From: Azolla caroliniana
Taxonomy: Eukaryota > Plantae > Polypodiophyta
Length of the DNA: 64,000 bases
Direction: 5' to 3'
Assembly (NCBI GenBank): GCA_043228905.1
Contig: JBHGNT010000012.1
Coordinates: forward strand, 15,562,001 to 15,626,000
The translations under genes and the position numbers were made by a program. The notes beneath the pieces are model-generated. The model did not search any database. It was given only the letters and a program-made list of their open reading frames with translations, and was not told the origin of the DNA. Shown here piece after piece: positions 49,173 to 64,000 of the stretch (the stretch's first letter is position 1; each line of letters starts with the position of its first letter).

Positions 49173-49649
49173 TTTAAGAAGTTAGAAACTACGTTGAGCA
49201 TGAGCTCCACGGATCATCGTGTGTGTATGTGAGAGGGATGATTAAATGTGACTAATTTCAGGTTAACAAAGCCGCAGGACTTTTACATCCCTTGGAAATT
49301 CCCAATAATAAGTGGGAAAGTATATCCATAGATTTTATTGTTAGCCTTCCTCGCACCCAAAAAGGTCATGATGTCATCTGAGTTGTGGTAGATAGACTAA
49401 CTAAAATGGCTAGATTTATTGCTACTAAAACCACGGTAAAAGCTCCTGAATTGGCTTACCAATTCGTTGGCGAATTATTTCGTTTTTATGGGTTATCAAT
49501 GGATATCGTGAGTGATCGAGATCCAAAGTTTACTAGTGACTTCTGGATGCAAGTCTTTAAGAAGTTAGAAACTACGTTGAGCATGACCTCCACGGATCAT
49601 CGTGTGTGTATGTGAGAGGGATGATTAACAAGAGTGTAACTAAAGACCT

Positions 49650-51215
49650 TTCTCTATATTAATAAGCATCATCAAGTTACAAAAATACCCAGAATGAGGT
49701 ATATATATAGATCTCATGTGCAAGATCTCATGTCCAATCATACAACATGCCATGTTGTACTACATTGTTAAACGTATGCCTTATCTATGCGTGCTTCCTT
49801 TCCCATCCATTTGAGCATTTAAGCCTTTATACATTGAAGATCACTTGGCTTTCGAAAGGCCAATTTCTTAAATCTTATGCATATATCCTCAATTGTAAAG
49901 AATGCAAACATATGTGAAAGAGAACCATAACACATCATTCCGGCAAGAAATAGCTCATATAAATTCTTGCAATGCATAGACAAGTCCAGAAGTCTAGTTA
50001 AGTCACCATAACTCTAAACATATTTCCCCTTTACATTTCCCCAAACTTTAGAATATGCATGTGATGTATCTTGCATTTGGAGAAATTGTTGAGTAACTTC
50101 TCATATTCTTCTCTTTCTTTGAATATGCCATTTCTATTCATGCAAATGCTTTTGATCATTTTCTTTATCCTTAACTACATCCAAAATCATAACGCACTTT
50201 TGAGCTTCATGACATTCTTTATCAAACCATTTTTCCTTTGAAATACATTTCTTGATGCATTTCCAAAATGTGTGCTTGGTCGAAAAACATTTGTTTGTGC
50301 ATAAAAGAATGACTTTCTTAAAAGCTTCCCATTTGCATTCTAGTGTGCCACCATGTTATATCTTTGTCATTTGTAACATATCCTCAACTATCTTGAAATA
50401 CATGGGCACTCACTTAAGGTTCATGCTCAAGTGTGGTTGTTTATTATCTTCAATGGCCTTCTCACAATCAAACCTATGTATACATTTGAGATGAATACAT
50501 AAAGTCATCGAATTCCAGTGTCCATTCACCGATTGAAAATTTGTGCATATGATCCAAAATACCTTCGAAAAGTAGTGCATAGTCAATCACACTATTTCCA
50601 TTGTGTTTTCTACAAGTAAAACCATTAGTGTTGGGCCATAAGGATACACCATTTGCAATAAGCAATCTAATACTATTGCGCATTTATAGGAATAACTTCC
50701 CAAATTGGTTCATCACTAGAAGAGCAATTATACATTTGTATATCCTCTTGCATCCTTGAGATATGTGGGATAAAAGATTGTTGTATATCAAGTTGGAAAC
50801 TTCTCGTATGGGCATTCATGTCACAAAAGACAATAGTGTCCCCTTTGGATTTGAAATAATCAATATATCTTCTTGATTGGAGAAAGGTTTATCTTTATCC
50901 AAACAAGCATAAAAATTAGAATCTTGATGAGGAATGTAACATCCAACTACAAAAGTGGGCAAATCATTAGGTGTCTCTATTTCATTCTTAATCAAACATG
51001 CCACCCCTTCTTGTCCTCTTCATTGTCTTAGATTTTTCGCCCATATCAAAGAGTTTACATATAATTTCCTAAACCTTGAATACTTTTGAGTATTATGCTC
51101 CCATGTTTCAACAAGAAGTGTGATATCCAATTCATTGGTGAACTTCTCTAAGCCAAATCCCGCATTCCATGAGTATTCATTGCAATTCCAAAAGCATAGT
51201 CGTAGAAAACATGGA
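49650..51215 (-). mobile_element. Degenerate LINE remnant (APE-type endonuclease region, RTE-X-like), RT largely deleted
   Basis: Minus-strand fragments: CFWNCN..LDITLLVETW, GVACLIK, VVGCYIP, DMNAHT, NG..FTC..GNSVIDY, KWFDKEC. Confidence 0.7.
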
Positions 51216-52513
51216 TTAGTTCTATAGAACAAGTGTCCCTATTTGCCTACATTTCCGTCTTTAAGCACATCCTTAATCGTATTTTTCAATTTTTATTCAT
51301 ATGCTTTACAAAAAACATTTTGTTGTGAGGTAGTACGATCACAAAACAATATTGAGGATGTGCTTGTTGGTCCTACACCTAGTGTTGGTGTTACTAGTGC
51401 ACCACAAGGTGGCTTGGGGAGAGATCAAGGACACTAGAATAATGATGAAATAGAAACTTGTTATATGCGGGGTTTAAGCCAAAGCATTGAGTGCAATATA
51501 TGTGATAGACTTGCAATATAGTTTTTAAATCTACATAAATAAAAGAAATTTCAATTATTCCTAATGTTGTAAGCCACATTTTCCAAAAAGTTTTATCTCA
51601 ATTTCAGAAATAGCTTTTGGTCATCAAAAAATTGACTTATTTGCTGGACAAATAGTGATATAGAGATTTGTATTAAACATGGCCTAAGGCTAAAGCTCCC
51701 TTGAAGGAAACCAATTTGCAATGATACAATCATGTGCGAACACTCAAAAAAATCCTAACACAAGGCTTCCAAGTGCCAAACTTTTGACCAATTGAGGAGC
51801 TTAGATTAAAGGTTGGAGGAGAGATCTAGTGGCATGTTTAGTAGTTGGCAAAATGCTCCAACAAATGATTGTTTGATGGAACGGTCATGCCTCGAGGGGG
51901 TTTCATTGACGAATGTGATTGGGAACCAGATCAACAATATTCCAAACAAGATTTGTCGATGATATGGGACGTTTATTTATCACAAACAATCAAAAACAAT
52001 ATCTTGCTCACAAAGAGTTAATCAACAAACATTGGGAAGAAAGAATTTGCAACTACAAATGAAAGAGGTAGTAGTTCAAATTGATTTTGGGAAGTAATGT
52101 GTTGCTCCCTCTTATCTATTGATTATGAATGCAAGTAAACAAACCTTTGGATTCTATTAGGCGACATGCCATCTACCTAATTCGCTGCTGCGATTAGTAG
52201 GGTCGAGCAAATCAAGTGTCAAAAGAACATCAAAATCTTACACTCAAAATGTGTTTGCTTTTTATAATATTAAGAGTATAGTAGTATCTTATCATCACAG
52301 AACAAAAAAGGATTTTCATTGATTTGCAAAGCCTATTTGTGTGAGAGACTAGAGTCCCATCCAACCATCCAAAACACCAAAAAACATGATGGTTATATGT
52401 GTACATATAAGAATTTGTGTTTCCATCCGGTACGAAGGCAAACGGATGCGCAAAAGCATCTCGAAATGCACTGCCAATCGTCTAAGACTTTCAAATTTTT
52501 GTTCCATCCGAGA

Positions 52514-58051
<5,538 letters not shown>

Positions 58052-58789
58052 GGATTTTATACTTGAATTGAAGTTGTATAAATGCAATGATTCAAAGAGA
58101 AATGTGGCTACTTATTCTTCTTCTTATTATGCTAAAGCAAACCTCTTCAGATATTAGCCCTATATGATATAGGGTTTTGATAAGAGTACATAATCACGGA
58201 AGGAAACAGGGCTCTCTCTAGTTCCCAATCTCTCTCCGAGAGGTTTCACCAAAGAGTTTTTTTTCACATCAGAAGAAAAGTAGATTCAAAAAAAAACAAA
58301 AAAACAAAAAAAAGACCCACATGAGAGAAAACAGGGGGGGGGGGGGGGGGGGCTCCCGCCTCTCTCTTCCTCAATCAAAGGATTTATGTCAGGAAACAGA
58401 GGTGCTGGATTGGAACAGAGCACCTCTGTCTCTGTCTCTCTATCTCTTTATCAAACAAATGCAAGACTTAATACATCAAAACAGAGACAGAGACAGAGAC
58501 AGAGAGGCTTCATAATTTCAATTTTCAACGTAGAAATTGAAGCTGGATTTTGACTTGTGGAGGAGGAGGAGGAGGTGAAGGGTTCAAATCCGAGGTGGGC
58601 AAATTCTTTGTTTTCTTTTTGTTTTTTATTTTGAAGAGAAGGAAATGTCGCTTTCATGGGTTAACGGATTTAGAGGAGGGGCCGCCAATTCAGTAGTAGG
58701 TAGCTATATTCCTACTTAATCTCTCCCTTCTTCTTCTTCTTCTTCTTCTTCTTCTTCAATCTTGGAGGTTAGTAGTGTGTATAAATCTA

Positions 58790-58915
58790 CATACAATACA
58801 TAACATGCATACATACATACATACATACATTACATACATACATTACATACATACATACATACATTACATACATTACATACATTACATGCATACATACATT
58901 ACATGCATACATACA

Positions 58916-58946
<31 letters not shown>

Positions 58947-59390
58947 CATACATACATACATACATACATACATACATACGTTACATACATACATACATAA
59001 CATACATAACATACATACATAACATACATTACATGCATACATACATTACATACATACATACGTTACATACATACATACATAACATACATAACATACATAC
59101 ATAACATACATTACATGCATACATACATTACATACATACATACATACATTACATACATACATTACATACATACATAACATACATTACATGCATACGTACA
59201 TACATACATACATACATACATTACATACATACATACATACATACGTTACATACATACATACAGTACACATGATACATACATAACATGCATGCATGCATAT
59301 AGACATACAATACATACATTACATACATACAGTACACATGATACATACATAACATGCATGCATGCATATAGACATACAATACATACATCC
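58790..59390. repeat. Compound (CATA)n/(CATTA)n microsatellite upstream of CDPK
   Basis: About 600 bp of acat-derived repeats with a terminal higher-order duplication. Confidence 0.95.
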
Positions 59391-61622
59391 ATCCGAATCA
59401 GAAAAGCATGGTCCCTATCATCAACCAAGTTCAACCTCATTGATATCGTGGGTACTATTGAATAGGAATCGGCAAACTAGCGGCCGAAGCCACAGCTTGC
59501 TTGCTCGTCTCATCTCATTGATATCGCAACAACTGTCGAATACGAATCAACAAACTAACGGCTCAAGCCATAGCTTGCCTGCTTGTCTCATCTCGACTTC
59601 AATCCCCATTTCCCAGCTTGGCTTTGGCTTCCAAGCCATTCAACCAAGCCATTCAAGCAAATAATCCATGGCTCAAGTGCAACTCGTGAGCACCTTGGTT
59701 TTGGCTCAAGCTTTGCTTCTTTTTCTTTCATCGTCTTGGAACCAAGCCACTTGGCTTGAGGCCATCCAATCCAAGTTGAGCTATGTTACACAACCCCCCA
59801 ATTTGACCTAGCCTTGTATCTCCTCCACATGATAAATCCCATAGGTAACCAACGTTGTCTTGATTCATCACCATCCTTCTCAATTGTCAACATCTCAATG
59901 GTGGAGGCTACTCCTTGATATGATTGATCCTTGTATCTCAACATGACAAATCTCATAGGTCAACCAACTGACATCCTACAAATACAACTAATCCCAAAAG
60001 TAACCTACGTGATCTCTTGAAAGTTAACTCCCTAAACCTTTGGATATTAAGATTGGTAATGGTTTTCATTTCATTTCAAGATATTGGATTTTCTATTTGG
60101 AACCCCGGGTTTTGAGAAGTTTCATGACAACTATTGTAGTATATCATGCAAAAATGTACAACTAGTTAAATACATTTTGCAAGCATCAAGTAAAAATGTT
60201 AAGAAGATTTTGATTTTGAAAATTTGTTACCTTGGACAAATTGCACATTAGATTTGATTAGGAATGACACATTTTCATCAAGAATAGAACCAAGCGTGTT
60301 CAAGTGAGCTCAAACACTTGGTATGGAGACTTCTCGTTTTAGTTCTGGCCAAAAATGTAGCTCAAGACATTAAGAGATGGATAGATAGATAGGTTTTATT
60401 ATCATCCTCAAAGATAAATTTTGACCAATGTACCCAAAATTAATTTATTTTTACATGGTAGGTGTGGAATCGACTAGTGATTCTCGATTTCAAGAACTTT
60501 ATTGAGCTGAGAGGAGGGGGGATGGTGCAACATGCGATCAGTAATAGCACATGAGGAGATAGTGAAGAATTGAAGTTGGTATCACATCTCCTTTCAATAG
60601 CCTATTGGTTTCCATCCTACAAGTTTTCCTTATCAATTTCCATTCCTCTTTAGTGACCAAGAGAAGAGCAAGTATTAAATTTCCCATCCTTATCAAAATA
60701 TCAAAATTAGAAAGCATTACAAAGCATGTCCTTATTTGAAAAGCATTTATTTTTGTCGAAAAGCATCTATTTTTGCTGAAAAGCATTTATTTTTGCATGA
60801 GGAAACAACTTTCTTGAGAGGTAGTGATTGTCATTGTAGATTTGCATCATTTTATGACATTGTATTTTGTAACACATTCTCAACTATTATATATATGTTG
60901 ACAGAGAGGAGAATAGAATAAATGTTCTATCATCCTCTAGGAGGCCAACTTTGACCTATGGGACCAAATAAATATTCATCTTATATGAATGATGCTACCT
61001 TGACACTTTAACTTGTATGAGTGAGTTTGGAGAAACATAAAGCTAAGCATGTGATAAGTATATCATATTCATCCTCCACTAGTCTTCATTGTGTACCTTG
61101 CATGTCTTCATATTTGAGGGATGATGTCATGATGCTCCCTCAACACGTAACTTGTATGAGTGATTTCGAAGAAATGTAAAGCTCTCCAAAAGCTAGCATT
61201 TGGCAACAGTTTAGTTGGAACCAAATTGAACCACGAAACTGTGGCTTAACATCTTAACGATTTAAACAGTTTTGTTCGTTTGAGCTTCAAGTTTTTTTTA
61301 ACAGTCGGTTCAGTTTGGGGTTCAACGATTCAATTTAAACGGTTTCATCCCGGTTTCAAACCGTTGACGAGAAGTTACACACATGCGTGTGAAATCTAAG
61401 CGGGACCATCGAGGACTTGAACTAGAGAGGATGGGTTGATTCAAGTTTCCAAATGCGATGAATTGAAGGCTCCTTAGACTCGAATGCTCCCTAGAGTCAA
61501 AGGCTCTTTAGAATCAAAGGCTCATATTGACGTGATGAATTTCCCAACAAGACGATTCAATGACTTGATTTATGCCACTTTCATGAAATTCACGTAACTT
61601 TATGTCCCAAGCTTGAAATTCC

Positions 61623-61865
61623 TGTTGGGAATTAGGTCCCTTTCAGATGGACTGAATTCAGGACAAAAGGAAAATGTAAATAGGTTTGAGTCAAGCCTTC
61701 TCAGGCCAGTCATGTAAATAGCCTGAAAGTTATCTAAGTATAAAGATAACTAGGGCAAACATTAGTTGGGGTTAGAGTTAGTGAGAATTGTCTTGTTGAG
61801 TGCAGTAGAGTGTAACTGCATACTGCGTGTGTGAGGTCGTTGCCTCCATAGCCAGAATAGACGAA

Positions 61866-61922
<57 letters not shown>

Positions 61923-63000
61923 CCTATGTTGTAACCGCCAGTTGGCGAAGTGGACGAACTCAGGTCGGTACCTGTGTGAGTGTGTATTCGGGTTGTTGTA
62001 CATCTTTCTTATAGTGATTTGTTTGGTGTCTGTGGGAACCCATGGGCTTTTACCGTATTTGGGGTTTTCCATGATATATCTTGTGCACCTCTATTTCATT
62101 TGTTTTCTCTCGATTTTGCTTGATTCCCTATTCCGCATTCGACTCGGTCGTGGCCGAGATCTTGTTTTTCTATCAAAGTGGTATCAGAGCATATTAGAAA
62201 AATGGAAGACTCATTAGGGGGTATGTTCAAGCTACCTGACTCCAACTATTCAGTGTGGAAGTTGAAGATGAGAGACATGTTGGTTGCCGGTACAGTTTGG
62301 AGACAAAAGACTAGACAAGATCGTTGCATCAACATGGGAGGTAATGCACATGAAGACAACTGCATACATAAGATACTTCATCAACATGAGCCTGTATAAC
62401 AACTTCAATGAAGAGAACAAGGCTCATGAACTTTGGAAGAAGATCGACATCATGTTAGAAAACAAGAATGTTGTGAATCGAGTCTCAATATTCCGAAAAA
62501 TAGTGAGACTCAGGTATCAGGATAGTGCCAGTATTGCAAAACATACGAACGCCTTCCAGGGGCTAATAAACTAGACGACCTCACTCGAAGTACCTCTAAC
62601 CGATGAGGTACTGGCATTGTTGTTGCTCAGATCCCTCCCGAATAGCTGGGAGACGTTGGTGGTCACACTGGGCAATGTCGGACCGGAAGGGAAAAACTTA
62701 TCCCTGGCAAGAGTAAAATCGAGCTTGTTGGATGAGGAAGCTCGTTGGAAGGACAAGGAGGCAATTTCCGACCCGAAGGCCCTAGTCACGAAAAGTGACA
62801 CACATAGATGGAGATGCCGAAACAAGAGTCCCCAGAACCGAGAGAAGTCGGGGACAAGGTCGAAGTCAAGGTTGAGGCCCACGTGCTTCTATTGTGGGAA
62901 GCCAGGGCACTTCTAGAAGAATTGTTGGCACTTCCGAAAGGAGAAAGGGGGAGCTAACAACGCTGACTCGAAGAAGAGTTCGGATTGAAAAGGAACGTTG
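61623..63000 (+). mobile_element. Truncated Ty1/Copia element: LTR 61623-62175, Met PBS 62179-62190, gag from 62202 with zinc knuckle
   Basis: TGTTGGGA...TATCA, then aag-tggtatcagagc. gag reads MEDSLGGMFKL.DSNYSVWK.KM, LLLRSLPNSWETLV, CFYCGKPGHF*KNC. Confidence 0.85.
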
Positions 63001-63389
63001 TTGTGAAGATTTTCGGCAATAGTGTGAAAATCACATAAAACGTACAAAATCGAGTATGAATCACATAAAACAATAATAGTGAAGATAACATTTTAAATAA
63101 GTTTAATATCCAAGTACAAAATGATGGAGGTCTTCAAGAGCTTTCGAATGCACTTTATTACACAAGAAACGGACAACTAAATGTCAAGATATGAGGGTAT
63201 AAAGTTTGTGAAAGAAAAAGAGAAAACTGTGAGATATCCCACATAGGCACGACAAATACGGCTCTCATCATATATAAGGTAGAGCAAAAGCTATTATCTT
63301 TGTGTCTATGTGTGGAGCATAGAGAGTTCAAGGTAACTTGAACTAAGAGTGGAGATGGCCTAGTTACTCGTAAAGGTTTTTGGCCAACC

Positions 63390-63625
63390 AAAACCGGACC
63401 GACGATGGAGCCGGTGATCCGGCGGAACTGACATCCGACGGCACACCAATGGCATCCGGCGACGGCGAGGTGACGACATCCGGCGCCGGTGAGACGACGA
63501 CATCCAGCGAGGCGACGACCACCGGTAACTGGCAACATCCGGCACTGGTGAGACGACGGCATCCGGCGAGGCGGCAGCCACCGGTAACTGGTGGCATCCG
63601 ACGCCGGCGAACTGGCGTCCCGCGA
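63390..63625. repeat. GC-rich degenerate tandem repeats (gacggcatccggcg / ccggtaactgg motifs)
   Basis: Motifs repeat visibly in an otherwise AT-rich context. Confidence 0.7.
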
Positions 63626-63684
63626 CTAGATAAATAAATATATAAATATATATACATATACATATATATATATACATATACAAG

Positions 63685-63754
63685 GAGGGCAAGTAAGGAT
63701 TCAAACTTTGCACCTCCAAGTTAGGAGTCAATTGGCTTACCACTGAGCCATGAC
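63685..63754 (-). other. tRNA-like/Pol III promoter cassette (pseudo-tRNA or SINE head)
   Basis: Minus strand: gtcaTGGCTCAGTGGtaagccaattgactcctaacttggaggtgcaaAGTTTGAATCCttac, with A-box and B-box at tRNA spacing. Confidence 0.5.
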
Positions 63755-63784
63755 ATTTAGTTGAATTTATATTTCTATCATTGT

Positions 63785-64000
63785 ACTTTTACATGTAAAT
63801 TCTCATACATGAGAGCTAAAATGAGCGCCACATGTAATACATGAGCGCCAAATGGCAAACCTGCATTTTATGCATGTCTTGTACCCTCACATGCATCATA
63901 TGCATGAGAGCATCTATAAAAGAAGGGATGAAAAAGAAGAAGGGTTAGGCTCTTTTGGGTTATGAAATTAAGAAGAAGAAAATTTGTTATTGAATTGATT
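63785..64000 (+). mobile_element. LTR fragment related to the tRNA-Trp Gypsy LTRs, in the opposite orientation
   Basis: Reverse complement of about 21290-21480 (catgtcttg.accctcacatgcatcatatgcatg..gcatctataaaa). Confidence 0.7.

Larger units (their letters stand above)
42698..49627 (+). mobile_element. Degenerate Ty3/Gypsy (chromovirus-like) element: LTR 42698-43148, Met PBS 43151-43162, 1.7-kb leader, gag-PR-RT-RH-INT, 3' truncated
   Basis: tggtatcagagc PBS. gag from 44843 with a CIFCKKKGHTKEQC knuckle; FLFDSGSSH protease; [46 protein letters not shown]; VDRLTKMARF..IVSDRDPKFTS integrase. Many stops. Confidence 0.88.

Noticed and set aside
58775-59440. His/Tyr/Ile-rich ORFs
   Set aside because: Translations of a (CATA)n microsatellite.

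Overview
Repeat-rich land-plant nuclear DNA, probably a seed-free plant such as a fern (inferred from the TE types, not proven). It holds two intact, convergently oriented genes whose exons I assembled by hand from GT-AG junctions. One is a 6-exon CYP86-clan cytochrome P450 of the CYP704(B)-like type (+, 5978-15108, 522 aa). The other is a 7-exon group-I calcium-dependent protein kinase (-, 58051-52514, 628 aa). They are separated by about 37 kb of nested, mostly decayed retroelements. A tRNA-Trp-primed Gypsy element (-) is split by a three-LTR Copia complex (23157-40913, ATGTT TSD). That complex contains a solo LTR with a 4-bp TSD, a 48-bp tandem array and an Athila/Tat-like Gypsy element with a large extra ORF. 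Also present: a Met-primed Gypsy element (42698-49627) with a deleted relative (16.5-20.6 kb), two RTE-X-like LINE remnants, several solo LTRs, two hAT MITEs with 8-bp TSDs, an AATT-targeting Sola-like MITE, a truncated Copia at the right end, and many micro/minisatellites. The most unusual signals are: a conserved, hairpin-rich U5 module shared by otherwise unrelated LTRs; tRNA-like Pol III cassettes in LTR/UTR regions; a repeated, covarying stem-loop array in a 1.7-kb retroelement leader; and the 19-nt tRNA-Trp PBS. TE lineage names come from motif recognition, not database searches.
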